Below are positions 51,480 to 61,934 of a DNA stretch of 64,000 bases, one piece after another. This stretch comes from Candidatus Bathyarchaeota archaeon (lineage in GTDB: Archaea > Thermoproteota > Bathyarchaeia > TCS64), in contig CAVYLP010000001.1 of assembly GCA_963769425.1 (NCBI GenBank), positions 128,001-192,000 of the forward strand, given 5' to 3'. Under the pieces are notes generated by a model that had not been told where the DNA came from, made no database searches, and saw only the letters and a program-made list of their open reading frames with translations. Made by a program: the position numbers and the translations under genes. How positions within the stretch are numbered: the first letter of the stretch is position 1; each line of letters begins with the position of its first letter.

Positions 51480-52415
51480 ATGCCTAAAATAACCTGCCTC
51501 GCCGGCGGAGTCGGAGCCGCACGACTCCTCCAAGGCCTCATCAAAGTCGTACCCCCGAAGGACCTAACCATTATAGTCAACACAGGCGACGACTTTGAGC
51601 AACATGGTCTACATATCTCCCCCGATGTCGACATCATCACCTACACACTCGCAGGCATCGTTAACGAGCAGACTGGCTGGGGCATACGCGGCGACTCCTT
51701 CCAATGCCTCAAGGCCCTGGGCATACTTGGACACGAGACATGGTTCAACCTCGGCGACGCAGACATGGCCACCCATATAAGCAGAACCAGACTCCTCAAG
51801 GAGGGCCACACACTATCCGAGGTAACGACTATGCACGCCAAGTCACTCGGCGTAGAGGCCAGAATTATCCCGATGACCGATGATCCATTCGCCACGCATA
51901 TTGCTATTGATACTGGGCTCGTGCACTTCGAGGAGTACCTCGTTCATAGGGGGGCATCCGATGCTGTCAGGGGTGTGAAATATGTGGGAGCGGAGGAGTC
52001 TAGGCCTGCCTCGGGGGTAATTGACTCATTGATGGAGGCGGATTACGTCATTGTGTGTCCTAGTAACCCGATTGTGAGCATCGGCACAATACTTAGAGTC
52101 CCCGGAGTCCGAGATGCATTATGTGAAACCGAGGCGAGGGTTACAGCGATCAGCCCCATCGTAGGCGGTGCACCCGTTAAAGGTCCTGCGGACAAGATCA
52201 TGGCGGGTATAGGGTTAGAAGTGTCATCCCGCGCCGTCGCGGAGCTATACCGGGACTTCCTCGATACCTTCATAATTGATAACCGGGATCAGAGCCACGC
52301 CGAGGCGATCGAGGGATTGGGAATTAATGTAATGGTTACGAACACGATTATGGGTACCCTTGAGGATAAGGTGGCTCTAGCTGAGGCTGCCCTTAGATCA
52401 TTAGGTAACCTGTAG
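51480..52415 (+). CDS. cofD: 2-phospho-L-lactate transferase (F420 biosynthesis)
   Basis: LAGGVGAA, VNTGDD, ISPDVD, WFNLGD.D.ATH, PMTDD, PSNPIVSI, KGPA. Confidence 0.93.
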   Translation: MPKITCLAGGVGAARLLQGLIKVVPPKDLTIIVNTGDDFEQHGLHISPDVDIITYTLAGIVNEQTGWGIRGDSFQCLKALGILGHETWFNLGDADMATHISRTRLLKEGHTLSEVTTMHAKSLGVEARIIPMTDDPFATHIAIDTGLVHFEEYLVHRGASDAVRGVKYVGAEESRPASGVIDSLMEADYVIVCPSNPIVSIGTILRVPGVRDALCETEARVTAISPIVGGAPVKGPADKIMAGIGLEVSSRAVAELYRDFLDTFIIDNRDQSHAEAIEGLGINVMVTNTIMGTLEDKVALAEAALRSLGNL

Positions 52416-52427
52416 GCGACTTAGAGG

Positions 52428-53093
52428 ATGGGAGGGGTATATGCTCTTGTGCCGGTGAAGATGCTTCGGGACTCGAAGTCCAGACTATCAAGCATCCTTG
52501 ACCCTGAAGAGCGTGTGACCCTTACACTTATGATGCTCGAGGATGTGGTTAGGGAGATTCAATCATCGGGACTAGTCTCGAAGATTCTAGTAGTGACACC
52601 TGATGAGAGGGTCATCCGGTTCGCCGAGAGGCTCGGCATCGGGTCTTTCGCGTCGAATTCGGGGGATCTTAACACTGATTTGGAGAACGCGTTAGCCTGG
52701 TGCAGCGGTGACGAAGCTGGATCTGCGTTGATTGTCTTAGCAGACCTGCCTACCCTCTCGGGTGATGATCTAAGACACATAATCGAGCAGGTTTCCCGTG
52801 ACCCAATCGTCGTGATTTCACCTTCGAGAGATGGTGGCACGAATGTGCTCTTTATGCACCCATGTGGATTAATTAGGCCTAGCTTTGGTGTCGGGAGTTA
52901 CGAACGACATATACTTCTATTAAAGTCGATCAGCACTGACGTGAGGATCTATAGATCTTTGGGCACATCTCTGGATATAGATACGCCAGATGACGTTCGT
53001 GAACTCTTAGCGACAAAGGATTCTTCTAATTCTCCGTTAAAATCCTTGGTATATTTACGAACGATTATCAAAATGTCTAACTCATCGATTTAA
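52428..53093 (+). CDS. cofC: 2-phospho-L-lactate/PEP guanylyltransferase (F420 biosynthesis)
   Basis: VPVK....KSRL, ADLP, DGGTN, FG..SY..H, DIDTPDD. Confidence 0.9.
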   Translation: MGGVYALVPVKMLRDSKSRLSSILDPEERVTLTLMMLEDVVREIQSSGLVSKILVVTPDERVIRFAERLGIGSFASNSGDLNTDLENALAWCSGDEAGSALIVLADLPTLSGDDLRHIIEQVSRDPIVVISPSRDGGTNVLFMHPCGLIRPSFGVGSYERHILLLKSISTDVRIYRSLGTSLDIDTPDDVRELLATKDSSNSPLKSLVYLRTIIKMSNSSI

Positions 53094-53187
53094 ATTGCGC
53101 GCGCGATAGAGGACGGCGACAACGTAGCGCAGATACGCGACGGAGTCTCCTACGACTTTAAGCAAGTGAAGAAGCTCGAAGCTGATT

Positions 53188-53493
53188 TTACCTCTTCCAC
53201 TCCCTCAGCAAATCACCGATCTGCTCACCGAGTGGCGTTGCGTGTGCAGTTAGCTGAATGTTCCTGTGTGTATAATGTGTGTCGATCATCACCAAGCCAA
53301 CCTTGCATAAATCATCTAGGACCTTACGAAGGTGCTCATTCTGGTCGACCCCCTCGACCTGGATCGTTAGGACAAGGCCCGCGGGCTCGATGCATCGGGA
53401 TAGAGCATCAGCGTAGGCTGGAAGCTCATCATCGATTCGTTGCTTCTCCTTCTCAACCAGAGCATAGAGTATAGCCTTTAGTCTATCAGACAT
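53188..53493 (-). CDS. Hypothetical protein
   Basis: 101-aa ORF with protein-like composition. Confidence 0.5.
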   Translation of the reverse strand: MSDRLKAILYALVEKEKQRIDDELPAYADALSRCIEPAGLVLTIQVEGVDQNEHLRKVLDDLCKVGLVMIDTHYTHRNIQLTAHATPLGEQIGDLLREWKR

Positions 53494-53963
53494 ATGGAAG
53501 CGTCAGGAATCCATGAATAAGAGCAATGTGGATATACTGCAAAGACGATGGACAAATTTGAACCAGTCACCCTACAACTTTTTGTAGAGTTCCCTACCAT
53601 CTCGATAACTCATGAAAACGTGAATAAGAGTACTCAAGATCGGGTTCTTTAAAATTAACAACCTCCCAAAAAAGGCCGCAGATTATCTTCAGAATATTAT
53701 CAGTAAACTGGTGCACGAAACAATATATACAGCGATGTAAGGTTTCCTCCAAACTCATCGAGGTACTTTTGATGAATAACCCGGATACTGATAAGAAAGT
53801 CAAATGGGGTGGTAATTGCCCAGTATGTGGAGCAATCAGATCGATATACGCTGGCGTCGATTTTTCTCAAAGGAAGCTGGTTTACAAATGTCTAAAGTGT
53901 CATACGGTATTCCCCCACACTTAATTAGCAGAATGAAAATTGCACGCTACGCGCGCATGATAT

Positions 53964-54152
53964 TTACTCTTTCAGAGCTACCTTCACGGACCACTGAATC
54001 TTCTTGGATAGAACCTCAGGTTTAGAGTCAATCCCATTCTTCTTAACATAGTCGGTAACCAGTTTATCGACCTTCTTCCTGATTGACTCGGATTCGAGCT
54101 CATGTACAAGCATCACGCTGACCTCTTTGGTCAGGTCATCACCCTGCTTCAT
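53964..54152 (-). CDS. Small hypothetical protein
   Basis: Amphipathic 62-aa ORF. Confidence 0.45.
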   Translation of the reverse strand: MKQGDDLTKEVSVMLVHELESESIRKKVDKLVTDYVKKNGIDSKPEVLSKKIQWSVKVALKE

Positions 54153-54979
54153 CGTTAAAGCCGGCATTCTCAACCACACCTCAGTTTTCCAATTAAAATA
54201 TTGAATTCAATGCTTTATAAACAGGTGAATAAGAAAAACGGATAATTGGCGATTCAACTTTTTCGTAAGGATTATGTATCAATAAAGTAGTTTCCAAAAA
54301 CGGATCTGGTGCCTGGAAAATGTTGGATAACAATGTTTTCAACCTGATGTGCACAGTAATAAAGAACGAGTATGAGAGGAACGCCGAGGAGTGACGAGCT
54401 GCGCCGGTCCTAAGCACCATTATGCCAAATAAGACACCGAATGCACCCTTCTGACATCGAGATCCTGAACCACCAAAGAGACGACAAAATCAGCGAGGTA
54501 CTTTAAAAATCGGTCTCCCTTCCCCTCACCCGCACCACGTAGATTTCTCACCAAACCCCGCTGCACACTCTTCCACGTATTCAGCTATATATAGCGAAGT
54601 CATCGGGGACGCGTCGCCGGAACCATCTGAAACGTGTCGAAAACCGTTGAATATCGATTGAAAACCGTTGCATTCCGTGTGCCTTCAACATCCATTGAAG
54701 GGCGTGGGACGCGATTCATTGAACGATGTGAATAGAGGTGGGTTGAGTGGACGCCATTCAGTCGAAGGCGTAACTCAGTTTGGATGCGTTTAGTCATCGG
54801 TGTGAAGGGTGTCCCGTGGAAACACCTTATTAGTGGTTACCACTTACAGGGAAACATCATGGCAAGCGGGTTGGCGAGGGGAGGACTCGGGGAAGGCATT
54901 CGGTTGATCCTCTCAGCTGGTGTTGGGGGATATGACCGTTTTAAACCGGTATTATTCAATAAAGGGACAAGGCAGCGCG

Positions 54980-55137
54980 CGATACGTTCAACTCGAAAAG
55001 GTACTCTTCAAGGAACAGAATGAGGGTTTCACTGCAAGGTCTCCAAGACAGTCGAAGAGGTGGTTGAGCTAATCGAGTTTGGCTTCGAATACTTCAACGA
55101 GATAGACTAAGTATTCCCCTACAGGAAGCGCAAGTAG
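54980..55137 (+). pseudogene. C-terminal relic of a tyrosine integrase
   Basis: YVQLEKVLFKEQNE/FHCKVSKTVEEVVELIEFGFEYFNEID*VFPYRKRK*, matching from memory the tail of bathyarchaeal-type integrases; abuts the tRNA 3' end; has a frameshift and a stop. Confidence 0.65.
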
Positions 55138-55160
55138 AAACAGGGCTCGGTTGGATGAGA

Positions 55161-55238
55161 TGGCGGGCCCGGTGGGATTCGAACCCACGACCATCAACTC
55201 CGCAGGCTGATGTCATATCCTGGCTAGACCACGGACCC
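55161..55238 (-). tRNA. tRNA-Arg(GCG), CCA encoded, no intron
   Basis: GGGTCCG acceptor paired with CGGGCCC-G-CCA; anticodon arm TCAGC-CT-GCG-GA-GTTGA; T arm GTGGG-TTCGAAT-CCCAC. Confidence 0.95.
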
Positions 55239-55313
55239 AGCACCCAAACAGACCTGTTTCTCCTAGATAAGCTCTACCCAGAGCTTATAGACGGGGTCCG
55301 CGGGCACATATCC

Positions 55314-56484
55314 ATGGCGGGGGAGGCGGAGGACAGGGCGGGGCTCCTCAGGGTCCTCTACGTCACAATCTTCCTCACCGCCACGGGACTCGGCACCGCC
55401 TCCTTCATGCTCCCCGTCTACGCGACTAGCCTCGGCGCCAACTATATCGACCTCGGCCTAATGGGGGCGCTCCGGAACATCGTCTACACCATCATGACCC
55501 TCACGGTCGGCTACCTCCTCGATAGGTTCGAGAGGATCAGGATATACGTCGGCTTCATGTTCATCGGCGTCGCCGTCGTCGCCCTCTTCGGTATCATGAC
55601 ACAGGTCGCCCTCCTGATAGCGTGGAGCAGCCTGCTCGGCCTCGTCTCCGCGGCGTTCTGGGTGACCGCGAGCACGGTCACAGCGAACATCTCGCCCCCC
55701 GAGAGGCTTAGCCAGTCGATGGGACGCTATAATTTATCGTGGATTATTGGTTTTGTCGTGGGGCCAACCGCCGGCGGCTACATCGTCGACGCCTACGGAT
55801 ACCAGACACTCTTCCTCTGCTTATCCGCCGTCATTGTAACGAGCATCGTAATTATCTTATGGAAGATTAGGCCGGCTAATAACGCTCCGCAATAGCAGTA
55901 GTTCCAAGGGCTCCAGTCTTGCACCACTTAAAGGACTCGCCCTCGCCTACCTCACACTCATCCCCTTCACCTGCATCCTCGGCATCTACATGGCAATAAT
56001 GCCCGGATACCTGAAGCTAGTCGGGCTCACTCCAGCGATCGTTGGGCTTCTCCTCACGATGACGAACGGGGTCCGCGGGGTTGGCTTCTTCAACGCTGAG
56101 AGGTTCATCAATTGGGGAACTAGGAGGTCAGTATCCCTAGCTTCTCTTCTCCTATTCACTGGGATGATCGTCTTCTCATTCGCGTCCTCCACCCTAGAGT
56201 ACGTCATCCCATTAGTCCTGTACGGCATCGCAGCGGGAATAATGACCCCGTTAATGCTCGACTACATCGCAAAGCGATGCGACAAGGGGAGCCTTGGCGC
56301 TGCAATGGGGTTCCATGAGGGAGTATACGGAGTCGGTATGTGCCTCGGCCCACTTGTGGGTGGAGCAATAGCTGACATCTGGGGGCCGCCACTCCTCTAC
56401 AGGCTCCTTGCTGTACTCGCCCTAACAATGCTTCCACTAGCCTACACGCTCTCGAAAAGAGGGGACAAGAAGACCTCGGATTAA
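55314..56484 (+). CDS. MFS transporter; +1 frameshift ~55876
   Basis: GYLLDRFER, MGRYN...GFVVGP..GG; two halves join across CCG-G-CTA. Confidence 0.8.
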
Positions 56485-56585
56485 ACGAAAATGAGGTTAA
56501 ATGATCTTCTTCTCGTGCAGTGACTTGTTATCAGCGTCCAGGTAACCTGCGACTTCACGGAGGACTTCGTCGGTATGAGAATCAC

Positions 56586-56880
56586 CGCTGCTAGGAATAA
56601 CGGCGTGGAAAAAACGTTATACCACCCTACTAGGAATCGGAACCCTGCTACATGGAGTCGGAACCCCGCTAGGTGGAGTCGGAACGCCACAGGTAGGAGT
56701 AAAATCGTGTTTCATGACTCCCGCTACGTGGAAGAGACTCGCCGCTGCAGGAGTTGGAACCCCTGCTACTAGGAATCGGGACGCCGCTGCTAGGAATTGG
56801 GAAACCCTGTGGCTTGGAGTCGGAACGCACCAGCGGGTGTCGGTGCCCTTGCTACTAGGAGTCGGAACGCCGTTGCAGGG
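56586..56880. repeat. Degenerate ~21-bp tandem repeat, about 10 units, consensus CTACTAGGA(A/G)TCGGAAC(C/G)C(C/T)G
   Basis: Units at 56627, 56648, 56669 and further copies to ~56870. Confidence 0.8.
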
Positions 56881-57174
56881 TTTACGGGGAGGAGTGTTCA
56901 TTTGAGGAAATACGTCTTCACGGAGATTGAGCGGAGGAGGCTCGAGGAACTCATCACGAGCTTAAAGAGATAATGAGTGACGTGAGCGGGATAGAGTCGG
57001 CCAAGCTGAGGGAAATGGATGTGATGATCAGGGCCGTAAGAGCTTCGTGAAATTCAGTCGAGTTCTCTAGGGGATGACCTTGCTACGAGCCATCTACTAC
57101 ACTTTGTCTTTCATCCGTGACAGGAGTCACTTCATCGGGGGTGTTCTAGACACGAAGACTGGTAAACTTAATTT

Positions 57175-57540
57175 TTACTTGTTTTCGCTTAGGAGTTTCG
57201 CCTTGATATAGCTACGGTGGCAATGAGTTTCATCCTTCTCGGCGCAGAGGAGGATGACTCGATGATGTGTTTCCACAAGTATGCGGAGTTTCCGGAGACC
57301 CTCTGCTTCATCTACTAACGTCGGGGGCAGTTGACGAGTCTTATTCCCTAGCTCCTTTATCCATGTGTATCGGTCTCCCAGACGGTTGATGAGTCCCCTT
57401 TGAGTGTAGACTCCGAGGAAGGCGTGAAAGGGATCCTCTCGCACGTCGACGACTACGTCGGGGTTTAACGCCTCAAGCTCGGCAAAAAAAACATCGGGCT
57501 TCTTCCCACCGTACCCAATGGTGAACACATCCGCTGCCAT
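57175..57540 (-). CDS. DUF488-family protein
   Basis: VFTIGY, VVDVR, ELGN, LLCAE....CHR. Confidence 0.8.
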   Translation of the reverse strand: MAADVFTIGYGGKKPDVFFAELEALNPDVVVDVREDPFHAFLGVYTQRGLINRLGDRYTWIKELGNKTRQLPPTLVDEAEGLRKLRILVETHHRVILLCAEKDETHCHRSYIKAKLLSENK

Positions 57541-57590
57541 GGTTTGATACCTATAAGAAAGAGTTTATAGTAATTTGTCTCTGTTCATCC

Positions 57591-58391
57591 ATGGAGAGGG
57601 CACATTACCTCTGGTTTCAGATCGGCAACTTCGTGGCTTTCTTAATCGTTCTCGTGATGAACTTCTTAATCGACAAACTTCCCGTGAATGGAGTCTACAC
57701 GGCTCAGGTCTCCGACTCCTACCCGAACCTCTTCACACCCCCGGGGTATGTCTTCGCCATCTGGGGGGTAATCTACCTAATGGCGCTGCTATTCGTGGCT
57801 TACCAAGTTAGGCCAAGCCAGATTTCGTCTCCCTACATCGGTAAAATAGGGTGGCTCTACCTCGGAAGCGCCCTCCTAAACTCCTCGTGGCTGATCGTCT
57901 TCCACTACTCATACGGGATTCCGCTTCTCTACCTTGTCTCCACTGCTCTGCTCATTCTCCTCCTCGTGGACCTCACCACCATCTACCGTAGACTAGACAT
58001 AGGGGGAAGCGAGGTGCCACATAGGGAGTTCAAACTCGCCGTCCACGCCCCGATGAGCCTGTATCTCGGGTGGATATCCGTGGCGACCATAGCAGGCATA
58101 GCGTCCGCGATAAATGCGGTAATACCCGGGATACCCGTGGAGATTCAATCAATAGTGACGGCGATTATGCTGTTCGTCGCCCTGGGGCTTACCCTATACA
58201 TGCTGTGGGACAGGAGGGACCTTGCCTTCGGGGCGGTTGTAATCTGGGCCGTCGCAGGTATATCACTCAAGCAGGCGGATAACCCGATAATCTCCATGGC
58301 GGCCCTGATCGTGCTCGCAGTCGCTGCAGCCGCTGTATTAATCTTCCCCAGCGTCAGAAGGATCAGACTTCTCAGCTACTACACGTCTTAG
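57591..58391 (+). CDS. TspO/MBR-related tryptophan-rich membrane protein
   Basis: VSDSYPNLFTPPGYVFAIWGVIY, LN..W...FH, SLYLGWISVATI. Confidence 0.78.
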   Translation: MERAHYLWFQIGNFVAFLIVLVMNFLIDKLPVNGVYTAQVSDSYPNLFTPPGYVFAIWGVIYLMALLFVAYQVRPSQISSPYIGKIGWLYLGSALLNSSWLIVFHYSYGIPLLYLVSTALLILLLVDLTTIYRRLDIGGSEVPHREFKLAVHAPMSLYLGWISVATIAGIASAINAVIPGIPVEIQSIVTAIMLFVALGLTLYMLWDRRDLAFGAVVIWAVAGISLKQADNPIISMAALIVLAVAAAAVLIFPSVRRIRLLSYYTS

Positions 58392-58915
58392 ACGCGTTTG
58401 ACGCAAGGGGCGACCCACCTCAACGCCAGTGAGGCGACAACATAACCAGACGCTACGAGGGTAGACCACCAGACGAACCATGTGGTCGGGTACATCAGGG
58501 ATAGGCCCAGGGATATGAAGAGGACCGTGCCAATGTGCCTCCCGAGGGGATCCGAGCCCGGTACGGGCTTGGCTGCGACGAACTGAGTGAAGGCTAGTAG
58601 GATCAGCGCCAGAAACCATGGGGAGATGAGACCGACGCTAATTAGGTAGGCGGAGACCCCGGCGACGAGTCCGAAGTCCGCGAAGGCGTCCAGCATAGAG
58701 CCAAGTATAGACTCAGCGTGTAAGCGCCTCGCGATGATACCGTCGAGTAGATCAGTGGCGCAGGCGTAGATGTAAATTGGGACCCCGAGGCTTCCCGACT
58801 GAAGCTGGATGAGGAGCAGGGGGGTCGCCATGAAGCGTGTGCTGGTTAGGATCGAGGGGGCGACCGACGCGACCACGCTCCACCTGAGCCAACCAAGTGT
58901 TCGAGGCGCCCCCAT
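58388..58915 (-). CDS. CDP-alcohol phosphatidyltransferase family
   Basis: TDLLDGIIARR......GSMLD..AD motif. Confidence 0.8.
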   Translation of the reverse strand: MGAPRTLGWLRWSVVASVAPSILTSTRFMATPLLLIQLQSGSLGVPIYIYACATDLLDGIIARRLHAESILGSMLDAFADFGLVAGVSAYLISVGLISPWFLALILLAFTQFVAAKPVPGSDPLGRHIGTVLFISLGLSLMYPTTWFVWWSTLVASGYVVASLALRWVAPCVKRV

Positions 58916-58928
58916 ACAACACCAACTC

Positions 58929-59492
58929 CTATGGCTGAAGCGACTCCGCAGCTGCCTCGGCTATCCCCTGGGCGTCCGAGGAGCCAAACTGGGGTTCATT
59001 AGGCGACATCGAGTAGACCGCGATGGAGAGGACCTCCTCGCCCCCCATTGACACGACCCTGGACTTCATCCATTGGAGAGCCTCGGAGCCGGCCCCGGCA
59101 CCCGTGAGGACGACCGCGACCCGCTTGCCCGCGAGGCTCCCGAGCCTGGTGAGGTAGGACTGCATGGGTACGGAGGGCTCACCCCCGTAGATGGGAGAGA
59201 CGAGGGCCACCAGAGTGTATCCGGTCAGGTCGGTCGGGGTCTGGGAACTCGCTGTGGTGACCTCAACGTGCCAACCGTTTGTGGTAAGGCCACTCGCGAA
59301 TGAGTCGGCGACGCCCTGCTCAAAACCGCTGATACCGGGGTCGCTAATCACCAGTGCCTTTGGACCACTGCTCTGAGGGTTGATTGCTGTGACCGGCGAG
59401 GGGTTCTCCGCCGTAATCGCCCATAGGCTGTAGCCGAGTACGCCGACCAGAACGAGAAAGACGCCGATTAATACTTTGAAGGCGAGTCTCAT
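58929..59492 (-). CDS. Membrane-anchored flavodoxin-like protein
   Basis: N-terminal TM helix; SPIYGG; VVLTGAG. Confidence 0.65.
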   Translation of the reverse strand: MRLAFKVLIGVFLVLVGVLGYSLWAITAENPSPVTAINPQSSGPKALVISDPGISGFEQGVADSFASGLTTNGWHVEVTTASSQTPTDLTGYTLVALVSPIYGGEPSVPMQSYLTRLGSLAGKRVAVVLTGAGAGSEALQWMKSRVVSMGGEEVLSIAVYSMSPNEPQFGSSDAQGIAEAAAESLQP

Positions 59493-59550
59493 ATCCGTCT
59501 CATGGGCTTAGAGGAGGACGTAAAAAAGTATTACCCCCGAATGCAACGGT

Positions 59551-60996
59551 TTACTCGAGGGCAGCATCAACCGGCGAGAGGGGCGCGTGGGCCACCCTCT
59601 TCCCCCTGAGGATAGAGGGGATGATCGCAAGAGTGTTGAAAGCCGCGAGCCATAGGTAGGTCGTCTTCATCGCGTCGAGGAAGAGCAGCTTGTTCGCGTC
59701 GGTCAGCTCAGCCACCTGCTCCGTGATTATCTGACTGAGCAACTGGTATGGCATGACCATCGCCATCAGGAGGATCGCAATGTTGAGGCTTATCGTGAAC
59801 CCGATGCTGAACATGATAGACCTAAAGGCGGAGGCTATGCCCCTGCGCTCGGGGGGGACAGCTCCCATTATGGAGCTCATGTTCGGGGAGCCGAAGAGCC
59901 CCGTGCCGACGCCGAAGATGAGAGTGTACACCAACACGTAGGGGTAGGGCGTATTAATCGAGACGGTTGAGAAGAGGTATAGGGACAGACTCGTTATTAG
60001 AAGCCCACTCGTCGTGAACGGGAGCGGGCCATATTTGTCTGAGAGCCTGCCGCTAGTCAACCCGACGACGAGACCGACGATCTCAAAGGGTATCAGCCTA
60101 ATGCCAGCGTCGAAGGGGGAGAGACCCAGCACGATCTGCAGGTATAGGCTGAGAAGTAGAAGCACCGCTCCCCAAGCAGCGGCGTTGAGCAGTTGGGCGA
60201 TTACACCCCCCGTGAACTCCCTTATTCCGAGAAGCCTTAGGTCGAGGATGGGGTGCTCTATCCGCCTCTCATATCCCACGAAAGCGGCGAGGCTTAACAC
60301 GCACACGAGCATGAGGAGGTAGACAGTGTTCACCTCGGTGAGGCCGTACGCCTGGAAGGTGAGGGCAAGCAGGAAGCTCGTCAGCGTCACCGTGAATGTG
60401 AGCAGGCCAACGATATCGAATGGCTCGTTCTTCTCGGTCTTCCCCACCTCCTTGAGCCTCTTCCAGGCCCACAGTGTGCCGAATACGCCGACGGGGACAT
60501 TAACCCAGAACAGGGCCCTCCAGTCGAAGAGGGCGAGCAGGACACCGCTCAGCGTGAGGCCCGCCATGGCGCCGAACCTGAAGGAACTCATGTTTAGGCC
60601 GAGGCTGAACCCGAGCTCACTGATAGGCGTCGCGTCGACGATCATCGCCACACTATTCGTATTCAATATGCCCGAGCCGATGCCCTGCAGGAACCTGAAG
60701 GCTATGACCTCAGTTGGGCCAAATGAGAAGCTGATGAGGGCGGAACCCAAGGTGAACAGGGCGAAGCCCACGATGTAGATCTTCACCCTGCCGAACATGT
60801 CACTGACGCGCCCGACGAGGAGGAGTACAATAGTACTGCCGAGCGTGTAGGCTTGCGTAAGCCAGATTGCCTGCTCCGCGTCAGCGTGAAGTGCGGCGGC
60901 GACCTGGGGGAGCCCGACTATGAGGATGCGGGAGTCTATCCCGGCCATTAGGACACCTATTGTGGTGACGGTGAGAACTGTCCACTTGTAGTTCAA
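59551..60996 (-). CDS. MFS transporter, DHA2 (EmrB/QacA-like, 14 TM)
   Basis: GRVSDMFGR, WRALFWVNVPVG, PILDLRL, GRLSDKYG. Confidence 0.88.
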   Translation of the reverse strand: MNYKWTVLTVTTIGVLMAGIDSRILIVGLPQVAAALHADAEQAIWLTQAYTLGSTIVLLLVGRVSDMFGRVKIYIVGFALFTLGSALISFSFGPTEVIAFRFLQGIGSGILNTNSVAMIVDATPISELGFSLGLNMSSFRFGAMAGLTLSGVLLALFDWRALFWVNVPVGVFGTLWAWKRLKEVGKTEKNEPFDIVGLLTFTVTLTSFLLALTFQAYGLTEVNTVYLLMLVCVLSLAAFVGYERRIEHPILDLRLLGIREFTGGVIAQLLNAAAWGAVLLLLSLYLQIVLGLSPFDAGIRLIPFEIVGLVVGLTSGRLSDKYGPLPFTTSGLLITSLSLYLFSTVSINTPYPYVLVYTLIFGVGTGLFGSPNMSSIMGAVPPERRGIASAFRSIMFSIGFTISLNIAILLMAMVMPYQLLSQIITEQVAELTDANKLLFLDAMKTTYLWLAAFNTLAIIPSILRGKRVAHAPLSPVDAALE

Positions 60997-61145
60997 CAGA
61001 TCGGCCTTCTGTTTTCAGCGATGAGGCGCTTAGGCTGAACTTAAGGTGATCTATCCCGCCTCCCATAGACTCCATAGAGTAGAATCGTTAGGTGTAACTC
61101 GTTAACCCTCTAGGTTAAATATGGTTCATAACTTGAGTCTAGTCT

Positions 61146-61934
61146 ATGAAGCCAAGCAAGGTTGAACTGATCTACTACTCACCCACAGGCACCTCGAAGA
61201 AGGTACTAGAGGGTGTCGCGAAGGGCCTCGGAATCAAGGGCGTCGAGCACATAGACCTGACCACCACCGAGGCGGCGACTAAGAGCCACTCCGTCCCAGC
61301 GGGGGAACTGGCGGTCATCGCCGTCCCAGTCTACGGCGGGCGCGTCCCAATCGTCGCGGCCCAGAGGCTTAAAACAGTCAAGGGAAACGGCACACCAGCC
61401 GTAATCGTCACACTCTACGGTAACCGGGCATTCGAGGACGCCCTAATCGAACTCAAAGACATCGCTACAGAGCAGGGGTTCAAGCCCGTGGCCGGCGCCG
61501 CGTTCATCGGTGAGCATAGCTTCTCCAACGACTCTACACCAATAGCCGTTGGCCGCCCCGACAAGGAGGACCTTGAGAAGGCGAAGGCCTTCGGCGAGAA
61601 GGTTAAGACTAAGATCGAGGGAATGGAGAAGCCCGTCGAGGTCAATGTCCCAGGAAACAAACCATACAGAGAGAGAAACCCCGTCCCCAGGGCCCCCGAG
61701 ACCACGGCAGAGACTTGCACCCTATGTGGCGCTTGCGCCGAGGTCTGCCCCACGAAGGCGGTCACAGTAACCGATAAGGTCGAGACGGTGAAAGAGAATT
61801 GCTCCGCATGCTCCGCCTGCGTAAAGGCCTGCCCCACTGGTGCTAGGGTCTGGACGAATGAGGGGGTAAAGAAGGCGGCGGTCTGGCTCGTAACTAATTA
61901 TAGCAAGCGCAGGGAACCGGAGTTCTTCCTCTAG
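61146..61934 (+). CDS. Flavodoxin-ferredoxin fusion (EFR1-like)
   Basis: YYSPTGTS, PVYGGRVP, YGNRAFEDAL, CTLCGACAEVCP, CSACSACVKACP. Confidence 0.85.
   Translation: MKPSKVELIYYSPTGTSKKVLEGVAKGLGIKGVEHIDLTTTEAATKSHSVPAGELAVIAVPVYGGRVPIVAAQRLKTVKGNGTPAVIVTLYGNRAFEDALIELKDIATEQGFKPVAGAAFIGEHSFSNDSTPIAVGRPDKEDLEKAKAFGEKVKTKIEGMEKPVEVNVPGNKPYRERNPVPRAPETTAETCTLCGACAEVCPTKAVTVTDKVETVKENCSACSACVKACPTGARVWTNEGVKKAAVWLVTNYSKRREPEFFL

Noticed and set aside
55155-55313. N-terminal extension of the MFS ORF
   Set aside because: It overlaps the tRNA-Arg gene; the real start is likely ATG 55314.
56586-56880. Possible CRISPR array
   Set aside because: Units are contiguous, ~21 bp and degenerate, with no unique spacers and no cas genes nearby.
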